A stretch of DNA of 63,980 nucleotides, the filler included, from Basidioascus undulatus (lineage: Eukaryota), in the NCBI GenBank assembly GCA_000826855.1. It is 11 parts of 11 records of this genome, joined end to end, with 100 filler letters (N's around TTAATTAATTAA, not from the genome) between each part and the next. Parts side by side here need not be neighbours in the genome. Positions count along the whole stretch, not along the records: positions 48,456 to 52,272 come from JTLS01002315.1; positions 52,373 to 56,188 come from JTLS01002316.1; positions 56,289 to 60,084 come from JTLS01002317.1; positions 60,185 to 63,980 come from JTLS01002318.1; 7 more parts are not named here. One strand, given 5' to 3'. The stretch's first letter is position 1, and every line of letters begins with the position of its first letter. The translations under genes were made by a program, and so were the position numbers. The notes beneath the pieces were generated by a model. That model saw only the letters and a list, made by a program, of their open reading frames with translations. It searched no databases and was not told where the DNA came from. Of this stretch, positions 50,910 to 63,631 are shown one piece after another.

Positions 50910-52272
50910 ATGGACCCCTCCTCTCTCCTGCTCCTCCCCTCCCTGCTCGCTTCCCCCTTAACCAACCTCCTCCTCAACTTTCTCTACACCTTGCGGCCCA
51001 GCGCGCGGCCCACCTCCCCCGCCGCTGTGCAACAGCACCGGCGGCGCGCGCTCGCGTGCCTTGTCGGCGCGTACGCGGCGTGGGAGCTCGGGCGGTGGGC
51101 GGTGAGCAGGGAGAGGAACGTCTTTGAGGTGCTTGGTGTGGGGGTGGGCGCGGACGAGGGGGAGGTGAAGGGGGCTTGGAGGAACTTGTGCGTCCTCTTT
51201 CTTCTTTCTCCTATCCTTCCGTCTCATCTCGTGTCGTCTACGCCCGGTGGGTTGGGGGATAGTGCTAATGCTGGAGAGAGGGTGAACAGCGCAAGGAAGC
51301 ACCACCCCGACCGCGCAGGCGCGGGCGCGCCGGAATCCGACCTCTTTGTGCACGTCCGGGAGACGTACGAGCTGTTACAAGACCCAATCAAGCGCGCTGC
51401 GTATGCGCGGTACGTCCCCGCACCATCTACCCTCCTCCTTCCCCTTCCCCTTCCGCCTTCCGCCTTCCGCCTTCCCCTTCCCCTTTCCTCTTCCTCTTTC
51501 CCCTTCTCCTTCCTTTTCCCTCTTCTCCCCACCCCAGATGCTGATAGATGAGAGGAATGAAATAGCTTCGGCCCCCGCATCACCACCTGCACCCACTGCC
51601 TCACCGAGCGGGACTACATCCACGCGTTCCTCCTCCCCCACCTGTTGGGACACTATGCAGGCGCGCTCGTCCCACTCCTCGCGCTCGCTGTGTTCTCCCC
51701 GCAGCTGCGGTCGACATTCTACGTGCGTTGGTCCTCCTCCTCTTTCCCCCTCCCCTCCTGCCTTCCCTTCAATTCCCTTCCCTTCCTCTCCCTTCTCGTT
51801 CCTCCCTCCTTCCCTTCCCCAAACTAACCTCGCAACCGAACGCCAGTGGCGCACCACCCACCTCCTCCTCTCCCTGCTCCTCTCCCTCTCCCTGCTCCTG
51901 CGCCCCTCCTTCCCTCTGCTCCACTCCATCCCCCTCCTTCGCACCCTCCTCCCCTTCGAGCTCCACGCGCTCCTGCAGCGGACGTACGCCCTCTCAAACA
52001 TCGCGCTCTCGTACCTCGCCGCGCCCCCGCCGCCCCCGCCGCTAGGCAAGGACGTCCGGGAGGCGCTGGAGCGCGCGGTGCTGGCTGGATTGGGGGTGGC
52101 TAGGGAGGGGGAGGCGAGAGGTGAGTCGGTTTGCTTGCTTTCGGTTTTGGGGCTTGGGGCCTGGGAGGACTGGGACTGATGATCGGATGGGGGCGCAACA
52201 GCGAACGAAAAACGAGGATAGGGGAAGAGGGCGGACTTCGGAGACTTTGGTAGCGCGACCATCTACCACTCA
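50910..52272 (+). CDS. Membrane-associated DnaJ-domain protein; 3' end probably off contig
   Basis: NVFEVLGV...DEGEVKGAWRNL / ARKHHPDR...FVHVRETYELLQDPIKRAAYAR / FGP..TCTHC, flanked by hydrophobic segments. HPD motif intact. Confidence 0.88.
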
Positions 52273-52855
52273 NNNNNNNNNNNNNNNNNNNNNNNNNNNN
52301 NNNNNNNNNNNNNNNNTTAATTAATTAANNNNNNNNNNNNNNNNNNNNNNNNNNNNNNNNNNNNNNNNNNNNGGGGGGGGGGGGGGGGGGGGCATTTCGG
52401 GGCGAGCTTGGACACTGTTGTCGCTGCTGCATTGTATCTCTCTTTCGCGCTATTTTTTCCTTTCCTTGGCCATTACATGTTGCTCGAATACAGATCGCAT
52501 GATCAATCTACGGAATGATGTTGGTGTGGGTGCTCCGATTCGGGCGTGATCGTCGGGAACTCCCGCACAGCAACGGGAGTGCGATGGGGGCGCTGTGAGT
52601 GGATGTTCAGTTTTCCCTAGGAGCGCACTGCCCATTTAGTATTCTGTAGGTACCATCACATTGTCGAGCAGAGTGCATTTCGCTATCTGTCGTCTCCAAC
52701 TGGCGGAGAAAGGATTTGGCAATCTCACTGCGAACCTTCTGCCCCTTCGACCTTACATCGCCCACCTCTCCAAGCGGACCTTCCAGATTTCTGCTCCATG
52801 TTGCTCTCTCCTTCCATAAAATCCTCACCATCCCTCTCTATCCGTAGCGCACGCT

Positions 52856-55030
52856 ATGGACGCCGAACAGGCTGATTTGCTATCGACTGCAGAGGACCCG
52901 CAGAGGCCGCCTCCTGAGGACGCGGGAGAGAGGAACGCGAAGCGAGCTCCAAGATCGCCTTGGATTATTGCCGTGGTGAGCACTTCGTGCTAATGTGTGT
53001 TCGGCTAAGTCGAACTTGATGCGATCCGCCGACAGAGCTTCGCGACCATGCTAGCCATCGGGCTCAACGACTCTGCGATCGGGGCGAACCTGACTGCTAT
53101 GCAGGATTACTAGTGAGTGCGGTCTTTGGGTCCTGGGACCTTCAAGCTGAATGAGAGGGACTGAGTGGAACTGGGCGTATTCGCGCAATGACAGCGGAGT
53201 CAGCTACAGTATCGTGTCGCTCACGTTCCTGGGCTATGTGGCTGGGTGAGAAAACGAGCACTCCTGGGCTATCCGTGTATGAGTCTGTAAAGAGCTAACA
53301 CATTTTATTTTTACGCAGATATCTCTTGTCGAGCTTGACGGTCTCATCCATGCTGCTTCATCTGGGACAGCGAGGGACGCTGATGGTGAGCCGTGCTCGC
53401 ATCTCTTTCTCACTGCTCTTTCTAGCGACAACCAATAAAGACTGACTGACACGCCTCTCAGATAGATTGCGAGTGCTGTCTACGCCAGCGGTGCATTGGT
53501 GGCGGTCTTTGCTCCGCCCTTCCCGGTGCTCGTCATGGCGCTCCTGCTGCTCGGTGCGGGGGGTGGGATGTACGACACGGCGTCTAACAGCGCCATTGCA
53601 CATGTGAGTCGTAAGGGAGGCATACTTGTGCCAGAGGAGCCCCATGCTGAGCGGGCTGGAAGGCAGATGCAAAGTGGGCCGATCCTGAGCTTCGTATACT
53701 CTTCACATTCCGTGCGCACGTCCTCCTCTTAACAGATGACGGATACTTGTATAACCTATGAGCATACCCCGTAAGATTGGCGCTGTACGTAGTTCAAATC
53801 AGGCAGTGCGATTTGGCGCGACCACTGAACGTCGATGCAGCTTGTCGCACCGTTTTTCATCGGCACGCTCATCAAACGAGGGGTGGCGTGGAACGTGAGT
53901 GGTCTCGGTATCCATATCTAGCCTGCCGTTAGAGAGTCTGTGCCTGATGGTTGTCCTCCGGCTCAGAAATACTACTGGCTTCCATGGTACGTGAACTTGG
54001 AGTACTTGACTGCGACCGACGGTCTGCGCTGAGCTTTGCTTGCAGTGCCCTCGGCGTCGGCCTCGCTGTTTCTCAGTTTACCGCTTACAAGGGGTACTCT
54101 GCCCCGGTCGAGGCGGAGGCGGACGCACCTCCATTGGCCGCCCGGGCTCGAATGCTTAGATGCCTGAGGTTCCCATTTGTCTGGTGCGTCCCGACAGTCC
54201 GAATGAGACGAAGCTGATAGCCCTCAACAATAGGATTGGGGGGGTGATGATCCTCCTCGCTTTCTCTTTCGAAGACACCTTTTCCAATTTTCTAGCACCT
54301 TATCTCGAGGAGCGGAAAGACGTCCCGCCTGGGATAGCGCAGTACCAGCTTGCCGGCTTCTGGGGAGGTAGGCGATCTCCATGGTCCGACTAAGTCACGC
54401 TTTCCAGACAATGTTTACCCGTGACCCTCGGAGTATTTTCAGGCATCGCATTAGGTCGACTCACGCTGGCTGTCCCCGCCCGGATGCTCGAGAACCGCAT
54501 AGCGAACTTCATCCTCCTGGGCTGCGTCGTCGCGTCGCTCATCGTCCTTTGTATGGTGAACAACAGCACTGGAACGGCAATAGCAATCGTGTTTGCAGGC
54601 TTCTTTATGGGGTGAGTAGATGTCCCAGCTTCGATCGAATGTCACGCACGCTGAAACGCAGCAGGCCCAGCGTCCCGGCCATTATCTCGCTCGTCTGCGC
54701 GCAGACGAGGCCGAGCATGAAGGACTCGGTCGTCTCCATTCTCATTGGTGATTTTCACCCTTCCGTAGATCTGGCTCGTCCTTACGATGGCTACTTCAAA
54801 GGTCTTGGGCTCATAGGCTCTGGTATTGGGCCGCTCGCGTTTGGTCAACTCGCGCACGCCTTGGGTGTCAAGGTGCTTCCCAGTGTGATTGTACGTGCTA
54901 GGATTTTCGCTCAGGGGACTAAAAACCCACTAAGTGCAGCCCGAACCTTTCACAGATTGCTGAAACTGCGCTCTGTGCTGTCGGGTTCTGTTTGATGTTG
55001 GGCAAGAAGCGAGAGGATGCGCAGGTCTGA
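52856..55030 (+). CDS. MFS transporter (Bsc6/TsgA/FucP-like), about 15 exons
   Basis: GLNDSAIGANLTAMQDY / GVSYSIVSLTF / FAPPFPVLV...GGGMYDTASN / IGA / LVAPF / LAGFWG/GIALGRL / GFFMG/PSVP / LGLIGSGIGPLAFG...KREDAQV*. Confidence 0.88.
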
Positions 55031-56741
55031 CTGTGGATGTCTGTTCCAGCAACTTGTCGAATGCTTTCATGATGTCGATTTTATGGATGATGCGCTCGGT
55101 GTAGACCTGTGAGGAAGAAAGGCTGCGCCTCGAGGTTCGTCAATCTGACGGTCGTTGAGGTGAAAAGGGGGCTGCAGCCAGTGAAGATGGCCGCGGCTGG
55201 GATGTGTTCTGAGAAATACAGACGTGTCTGTTTATTGGAGCCCGCCGTGTGACTGGTGAGGCTGAGCAGTGCTGCGACGTTGCTTGGACCGGGGGTTTCA
55301 CAGTGAACGGGAATTGTTCTTCGGTGGAAGGTCGAAGATCATATATCTTGAGCCTTTCGAAGGCCTCCTCCATCATCAGGGAGAGGTCCGATTCACTCGA
55401 CCGACTGTGCTGCCGTGCCAATGCCCGGTGCCATGCAGTTCTTCCCCACCCCTTTCTCCCGACGAAGCACTCCCCATGCAGACCGGACCCCCGCGCAAAT
55501 ATCACAAGCGTAAATAAAGGCGTGTATGACGTGTGCAGATCTGAAAAGACACGCGTGCGATGGATGATGTGCAGTGCGCGTGCGGATGCGGAAACGAGAA
55601 CAAACCGAAACTGGACGACAGAGATGAGACGATGCGGTGCAGGGATGATGATCATTATGCACTATGTGGACCGGGGGAAGGACAAGAACACAAAGACACT
55701 GCTGCCGAGGTATGCTTTGGAGAAGTGAGGTGGGGGACAGGATAGGGAAAGCACGACAGGATGAGGCAAGATAAAAACGATGATGACGAGGACAACGAGA
55801 ATGGCGACGAGGGTGAGGATGCGCACAAGAGGATAAGAAAAGAAATAAAAAAGTATGGTGTAAATAAGGGAGGTATGAGATCGAACTGTCCATTCCGCAA
55901 CCGACATCCCTCCAGCGATCCACGTTCCTTCCCGCGTCCTGTCCCCAAAGAAACGATGAGCTAAACCCCAACCAGCTCAACCATGCGCCAGAACACTCAC
56001 CCAATCAGTCACTTTCCCTCCCCCTCTCATTCCCCGTGCCCAGCACAGCGTGCAGCCCCTGCATCCCACCTTCCATCCTCACCTCCCTCTCCCTCTCCCT
56101 CTCCCTCTCCTCCCTCCCTACTTTCCTCCCCCTCCCCCTCGTGCGTCTTCTTCCTTTCGCTGCACGCTTTCGCCGACGGGCACTGGCANNNNNNNNNNNN
56201 NNNNNNNNNNNNNNNNNNNNNNNNNNNNNNNNTTAATTAATTAANNNNNNNNNNNNNNNNNNNNNNNNNNNNNNNNNNNNNNNNNNNNGGGGAGGCTAGA
56301 CTTGACAACCGCGAGGAGTAGTCGTAAAGCGTTCAGTTGTTGACCTTTTCTTGGCCTGCTGTGTAGGGCAAAGCATACCGATCTAATCTGGGGGGCATTC
56401 TGCCCCAACAAAGGTGTATTTCTTCTGCCATGTATCATTCCCAACTCAGCGGATGGGATGAGTGCTGAATGATTGAGGTAGCGTTCTGCTCGTCAGGCTG
56501 AAACACTGCGTACACGCACTGTCGTGTGCCAGTGGCGCTCACAAGTCTCGCGTACTCTGTCGAGCAAATTGTAGGTGAGGTGTTCTGAAAGCATGCAGGT
56601 AGAATGTAAAGCCACGGCGGACTGAATCCGAGTCACGCGTCGCGCAACCAAGCAACATAAACCGCCCACTCTGCACCCGCGTCTCTTGTCCTCTAACCAC
56701 GACTATCCCACTCATCGCACCCCAACGACCCCTCACTCGCA

Positions 56742-57976
56742 ATGTCTGATAACGCCGTGCAGCCCAACACCACCGTCGCCGCCGCAATGCTCGCCATCAG
56801 GGCGCACGCCGCCGGCGTGACCGAGAAACGCGCGCTGCTCGCACAGCTGCTCGAATAGCGGCCGCCCCCCAGCGACCCGCTGCTGCGACAGCTCATTGGC
56901 AAGGTCGACAAGATTGACGCTGATCTGGCTGGACTGCGCGCTGACTTCGCGAAGGAGTGCGTCGCCTTTGCTCCGCGAGACGGCCGGGATGGAAGAGGAC
57001 AGGAAAAAGGACGGAGAGGGTGCGAAAGGGGATGTTAGAAACGAAGGTGGTCCTGGAACGGAACACCAAGAGACGCGGGAGAAGGGCAGCGGCGGCAGGG
57101 GATCTGGGACAGACAAGAGGAGGAGGAAGAATAAGTGTGGAGAAAGTGAGATGAGGATGGGATGGGGACCCGCAGGGGAGGAGATAAACCAAACGACGGA
57201 TACGAGTCGCCCCCCTCAGTGCAAGATGAGGCCGAGGTACTGCGCGACGGCGTAGCGACGGTCCTCCACGCTGTTGGGCACGGGTTGCTCCAGATTTTCG
57301 AGATTGCGTCCGAGGACGGCACCTTCAGTGGCACCGTGCGTCCCGCAGTCAGCAATGGTCCGCGCTGCCCGCTCGACGTACCCGGCCCGAGATCCACGAT
57401 CACGCACCGTTGAATTCACGCAGGTCATACTTCGTGCGGGGCATGAAGTTCTCGCGCTGGACACTCTCCGGATACAGAATCACAGAAGACTCGTCCGCCT
57501 TCGCTTTGCACGCGCGCATGTTGCGCAGTCTCTTCCTGCTCAAGGGGAAGAAGGGATCGTCGCCAGACCACCTTCATTAGACCCTATTCCATAATCTTAT
57601 TTTGAGTAGGCTTTTCCATGACGCCCTCGAGCATTTGTTGGTATTGCACTGCCGCTATGCAACGCTACAGACCACGGCCGCCCTTCCCCATCGCGTCGCA
57701 GTCCGACCTCTTCAATTACTCTACCACCCCCACTCGCCCGCCCCACCCCTCGGAGAAGAACCTGCGCTGCATGCACTCACCCAGCAGCACAGCAAACTGG
57801 TCTGGCAATATCCAGTAACTGTGCGGCATCAAGATCATGTACCCGGTGCTCAGGCCTTGCGCCTGAGTGCAGGATATCGCCAGGCGGCGTTCGGGATGCT
57901 GCTGCACGAGCGCAAGGCGGAGCCTCCCGGCCCACCCCCGAGGGTGAGGCGAGCAAACTGGAATGATAAGAATTGA
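56742..57976 (+). pseudogene. Degenerate hypothetical gene
   Basis: Coding-like frame MSDNAVQP...LLAQLLE*RPPPSDPLLRQLIGKVDKIDADLAGLRADF interrupted by TAG (56856-56858) and a later frame break; further open segments to 57976. No family recognised. Confidence 0.4.
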
Positions 57977-58342
57977 AAAAGCCGAAGATGGCTTACGAAG
58001 CGTACGTGAAGGATGAAGAAGGTCTAATGGAGGGGATGGCAGTCGACAGGCGATCGATCGCGGGCAAGGGCAGCGGGGTAGCAAAATGTATGTCAGCCGC
58101 GTATCTGTCCCGGTCGCCAGTGAACTGAAGGGACCGAGTCATCAGTCGGCGTGTGCAGTGCGCATATGCTCTTGGCTCTAGGTAAGTAACCGCGAACCGC
58201 ACCTTGCCGCTCCGTGGGTAGGGGGTGGGAGCGGAGGTGCGGTTCCGGAGCCGGTATCTGATTCGATTCGTCGAGAGGAGGAAACGGAGAGAGAGGGGGA
58301 GAGAGAGGAGCGCAGACAGCAGAGAAGAAATGTCAAGTCAAG

Positions 58343-59016
58343 TCAGTGCATCGCCGCTACCGCTACCCCGCTGATCGAGTCCAGTATGCGCTCGAGCTTC
58401 CGGCTCCGGATGGGCCGCTGCTGCGCGTCGCCTGGCTCGAGCGAGAGGAAGGGGTTGGAGAGGTACGAGCTGTAGGCGTTTTGGATGGCGCGAAATATCT
58501 GTGAGGGGAGGAGTGAGCTGGAGGGGGGTGCGGTTGGGGTGCGGGGGAGCAGGGCAGGACGGACAGTAATCATCTCCCCATCGCGGACGATATTGTCTGC
58601 CAAGGAGAGGACGACCACGAGTTTGGCGCGTGAGGTCGTTTGGTAGGCGTATCTGATGGGTTCCAGGAGGTTGTGTGAGCGAGGACGCGGCAAGGGAAGA
58701 GGGGGCGACACGCACACTGCCAGATCCTCCATAGCGAACAGCAACCCCAAATAGCAGTCCGGTCTCTGCGCAGTGTCCCTCACTATCCACCGACATGCAG
58801 GACCACCAACAAAGCATCAGTACCCACTCCTCTCCCAAGGATCCTCAGCGCGCACGCACCCCGCTCCTCGATCACGTCCAGCGCAGAGTGTACGACATAG
58901 TGGTACTTAAGCTGCGCGCCCGGTGCGGAAGAGAATGAGCGTACGAGGAGGGGCGTGTGCGTGGTGGGCGCGAGGATGGCGATCGCTAGGATACGCAGCG
59001 TCGGGGTGGGCGCCAT
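58343..59016 (-). CDS. TRAPPC2L: TRAPP complex subunit 2-like (sedlin family, Tca17/TRAPPC2L)
   Basis: LKYHYVVHSALDVIEER / DCYLGLLFAMEDLAV / YAYQTTSRAKLVV / IFRAIQNAYSSYLSNPF. Confidence 0.9.
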
Positions 59017-59229
59017 CGCGGTGATGGGAGGACGAAGAAGGTCATCGTGGTCGACAGCGGGTGAGCGCGTCGAGGCGCGTCAGGCCGAACTCAAGACAGG
59101 CCCCTTTCGGTGCACAGACAATTCGGAGCGGAGCCCCTTTCGGACATGAGAACGCTTGAAGCAGTCTTTGTTTCGCCAGCTTTTTCTCTTTTTTTCTCCT
59201 TGGCTTCACCTTGACACTCACCGTAGCCC

Positions 59230-60084
59230 ATGATGACCATCTCCTCCACTGACAATCTCGCACTCCCCATACCATCGGCCTTCGATCCTCCTTCGCTTTC
59301 AAACACGCTCGCCTACCTCGAAGAGCTCGTCTCCTTCGCAGCAACTCCTCTCGTTCGCGATCTCTGCGATACTCACACCAGTACTTAGACAAAACTCTGT
59401 CGAGCCTTATATCAAACTCACGCTAATACCGCCCTGGTGTCGTCTCAGATGACCCCCGCTTCATGAACGACCTCTGGGCGGGCTCCGAGCCCTGGTCCGA
59501 GTGGATGCTCTGGGCCGAGCAAAACGCCTCGAAAGGCCAGGAATGGAGGGACGAGGCCGTGCGGTGCCTTGCGTGCGGGATCGAGCGAGTGCGTGATAAA
59601 CACACCCGCCTGCCTCATGTTCGCTCACTGAACCTTCCGTATACCTTTCCTGTGCTTGTGACCAGGACGACTCCCCGCCCTCCCTGCGCTCGTACATGTC
59701 CACTCTCAACCGGCTGTCCATGCCCCGCAAACCGCTCCCTCACTCTGCAGCGCCCTCCGCCAAGCGCATAGACCTCAGCAGCAAGCGCGGCGTGCACAAC
59801 GCGGGGATGAAGCCGAAGAAGACGCATGAAGTACGGGACTGCCGCTACAACATCGCGGGCAGACAAAGCAGTGATTGACCACTTATTGGCCTCTGGCAGG
59901 TCGAGCGCTTGTCCGAACTCATCGCAGAGACGCTGAACGCTTCGGAGCGGTGCTGCAGGCACGTGGTGGATGTCGGCGCCGGACAAGGCTACCTCTCTCG
60001 CACGCTCGCGCGCCCGCCATTCAACCTGCACGTCCTAGCCGTAGACAGGTCCGTACTCCCCAATCTCTTCCCCTCTCTCCCGTC
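59230..60084 (+). CDS. SAM-dependent methyltransferase, METTL25/RRNAD1-like, 5' part
   Basis: GMKPKKTHE/VERL and HVVDVGAGQGYLSRTLA...LHVLAVD (KKxHEV motif plus SAM motif I). Confidence 0.85.
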
Positions 60085-60184
60085 NNNNNNNNNNNNNNNN
60101 NNNNNNNNNNNNNNNNNNNNNNNNNNNNTTAATTAATTAANNNNNNNNNNNNNNNNNNNNNNNNNNNNNNNNNNNNNNNNNNNN

Positions 60185-60714
60185 AACGAATACCACCCAC
60201 ATCACCATCGGTTCCCAATTCCTCTCTATCCACGTCGACGGCCTCCCACTCGAGCAAGCCCGTCCGCCCCGCCAACTCCTTCGCAGCGCCCACGACCTCC
60301 TCCGCCAGCCGGCTCTCCCGCGCCCCCAGCCCCGCCGCCGCCGCGCCGCCCACGCCCTCCCGCTCGGGCAGTAGCGCACCCGGCACGCCCGGTCGCAAAG
60401 CCCGGCGCGTAAGCGCAATCGGGCCCATGCGCTCCGAGCGCTCCCGCCCGCGCGGGTCCCTCATCCCCCAGGCGTCCCCGCCCACAACGTCGTCCTCCGC
60501 CACCTCCGCAGCGTCCCACGCCGGCCCCATCCGCTACGCCGCAGCGACCATGCCGAGCCGCAGCCCGCGCAAGGCGGGTAGGCGCTCGAGCTTGCTCGGC
60601 GCCCCCCCTCCCAAGGTCGGAGGCAGCGCGCGCAGGCTCAGCATCGCCCCGCTCGCGGACCGCAGCATCGGCGGGGACCTCAGCATGAACGCGGGGAGGC
60701 CGCTCTGGAAATGA
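60185..60714 (+). CDS. Ser/Pro/Arg-rich C-terminal tail of an unidentified protein
   Basis: Open frame from the contig start to ...DLSMNAGRPLWK* with strong GC3 bias, followed by a T-rich 3' UTR-like sequence. Confidence 0.6.
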
Positions 60715-61174
60715 GGTGTCGGGTGGTGATCTTTTTCGTCTGCAGGTCGGAAACACACTTCGCATACCGCTCTTACTGCATCACGTCTTTCGTTCTTACT
60801 CACCATCTTCGCACTCCTTCGGTTTTCTCATCTTGCCTGTTCGTCGCATGTGACACCCTTGTTTCTGACTACCCCGCTGGACTACGGACCATGCTACCCC
60901 CCTGTCCCGCTCGCATGCTGTACTTCCCTCTTTGGCTCTCGCTTGTCTTTCGCCGCATCCACGCATTTTGAGCTGCTGAGTAGCATCGCGTTACTCTGGG
61001 CAGTCGACATGAAACTATTAGCTTTCAAGTCGCAGCTCGCCAGCTGCGGGCCGATTTCGTGCCCCACGATGTGCTGCCTTCTCACACTTGCATTCCGCGC
61101 CAACAACAGCCGCCAGTCCCACATACTAGGACATGCATCGCACATTTACTTCTTCCATCCCGGCGCGCGTCTCT

Positions 61175-62848
61175 TCAAAGGACCCCCTTCGGCCCGTTCC
61201 CTCCCAAACCCGGCAACCCCAACAGCGGCGCCCGCGTCGCAGCCTCCGCTTCCAGCCGTTCCTCAATGACGACTGCTGCGTCTGCCCATGCGCAGACAGC
61301 ACCCGCCAGCCCCTCAAACAACGAGAGCGGGTGGTCTGGCGTGCGGTACGGCAGCGGCGGGCGCGGCGACAGCGGCGGGAGCTGTGTTGCGTGTAGGAGG
61401 AAAGCGAGCGCGCGAGAGAGGGACGTGTCCTTGAGGGTGGGGTCGGGGTCAGGGCTGCACCAGGACAGTGTGAAAGCTTGTGTGAGCTCAACTCTAGGTC
61501 ACCCGAAACCGAACCAGACGTACGGGGTTGAAAGCAACAAGAACGACCACGCGTTGCCTGTGACGCCGTGGCACACGCCTAGCCCCTTGCGCACGAGACC
61601 TTCCTCCCACACGGCCCACCCGCTCTTCTGCAGCACTCGCCCGTACTCCTCCGTGCTCCAGTGAGTAGGCTGGCACGTCCTGAGGGTAGCGAGGAGGACG
61701 AGCAGCCCTGGCGCGCCGTGGCAGAGCTGTACCAGCGTGCCGTGCGCTCGGCTTTTGAGCGGGAGAGAGGAGGGAAGGTGCCCGGAGGAGGTGGAGGCGG
61801 AGGAGAGCTGGCAGAGGCCAGAAATGGTGGAGAGGATGAGGGAGAGGTGCGAGGAGAGGTAGGCGGAGGGGCTTTGAAGGAGAACGGTGAGGATCCCCGC
61901 TGCGAACGATAAATGTAACGAATCAGACCACACGGTTTAAATCAGACTGCGAAGACACTTACAGATGCCGTGCATACTGCGATCTTCCAATCATTGTCAG
62001 ACCTTTGCAGCAACCACGGAATGCGAAAGGTCGAAAACATACGCTCCGAGGTAGAACTTCCCATGCCACTCCCACATGAGCGGCAGCCCTTCCTCCCCAT
62101 TCTCCCACTCGTACTTCTCCTTCCCCCGCTTACCATCCTCGATGATCCTGTCAACCAGCTCTTGCAAGGCCTCCTTGCTCACCAACCCACCCAACGCCCT
62201 CAACTTCTCCTTCTCTCCCTTCCCCGCTTCCACAAGGCGCCGGAGGTTGAGCAGCTCCCAGAGGAGACCTGCGCGCCCATAGAGCACCTCGTCGGCTCCG
62301 CCCGAAAGAGGGTCGGGCTCGAGCGCATGTTTCGTCGCTTGTCGAGTTGTCGCGAAGGCTTTCGCCCACCGCTCCGGGTCGTCTGAGGTCGACGCCGGTA
62401 GCAGGAGCTGGCGCATGAGATCGACGACCGCCGGGCCCGCCGTCCCACCGACCGGGGACAGTCTGTTAGCTGAGGGAGAATGATGATGGAGATGGGGTAA
62501 GTGCGAAAGTAGGAGGGCGGGCAGGCGCTTCGCGAAGTCCGGGGACAGATCCAGTGCCGGTAGCTGCTGCGACAATCGGAGGTACATCAAGGCGATGCCT
62601 GGCCATGCGGGGAAAAGACCTGTGAGCGCTCTTTCTATATTTGATATAGATTACGCACCAGAGTCCCCGGTGTAAAGACTATCGTGCTTGTCGCTGTCTG
62701 TAGTTTCCTCAGCGTACTTCTCGATGAGCTGCACGCTCGATGCAATAGCTGCTCGAAACTCCACGAGCGCCCGGCGTAAACTAGCCTCGTCGAGCGGGAG
62801 CGGCTTGAGAGTGTTTTCGAAATATCTCGGCTCGGACGTCGTAGACAT
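61175..62848 (-). CDS. Lanthionine synthetase C-like (LanCL) protein
   Basis: PRYFEN, SLYTGDS/GIALMY, DEVLYGRAGLLW, PLMWEWHGKFYLGA/MHGI/SGIL, VQLCHGAPG, WEEGLVRKGLGVCHGVTGNA, YRTPDHPLSLFEGLAG. Confidence 0.93.
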
Positions 62849-63631
62849 GTTGGCTGCGCTGTAGATCGAGTGGAAATTTGAAGAGGTGAAGGACGGGAGA
62901 GGCAGGAAGCGGTTTATCAGATGACGTCGCTTTTACAGCGTTCGATAAGGTGCAGGCCAGCTTAAGATTTTCATCATTGCTTATACGAAAACACAATGCA
63001 CCTGAACTGGTTCAAAACTTCAACATTAACCAGTGCACGATGCACACACTGCACCGGGACGAGTGCCGTCGGGCTCGCGACGAAATTTCATGTGAACGCA
63101 AGTCTGTTCGACTTCCTGAGTTTGTGGAATTCACAGACGTTTCGCACGAATACAAATTTTCAGAAATTCTAGACAGCCCATAGATCCATCGGGAAAGGCA
63201 CTGGGGTGGGAAGGTGAAACGAGCGGGGACATGCCTCTGCAAGTAGGGTGGGAGGACAGCGTTTCAGATATCACCCTCCTTATCTTCGCCCTATACCCAG
63301 AGGGTGCAGCTGAATATTTGAAAACCAATGATTATTCATGCCAAGGCAGAGGTGGTACTCTACCACAAGAGCCGCACGGATGGTGGTGCCATGTAGGCCC
63401 GCAGTCGGTCGGGTGAATTGCTGGACCACTGTTGGCAGACAAAGGCTTGCATATACGCATGAAGATAACAGACAAATGCTATGCGATGCGATGGTGTACA
63501 GGGATAATACGGTACAAGACAAGGCGGGCCCAGCCCATCTACCTCTAGCCTAGCGCTCTGTAAGGGACTCCACCCCCTCTACACTCTGCAGTGTCCTCGT
63601 CGACCAACCCAAGAGAATCGCCGTGTCGTGA

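Noticed and set aside
52373..52392. Poly-G run as a G-quadruplex or telomeric feature
   Set aside because: It lies exactly at a contig start and is indistinguishable from a homopolymer break or two-colour sequencing artefact.
18501..56858. Several in-frame TAG codons (18501, 29856, 56856) hinting at amber recoding
   Set aside because: TAG is the normal terminator of intact genes here (MRP51 at 35138-35140, F-box gene at 31281-31283), and two of the three cases sit in genes that also have frameshifts.
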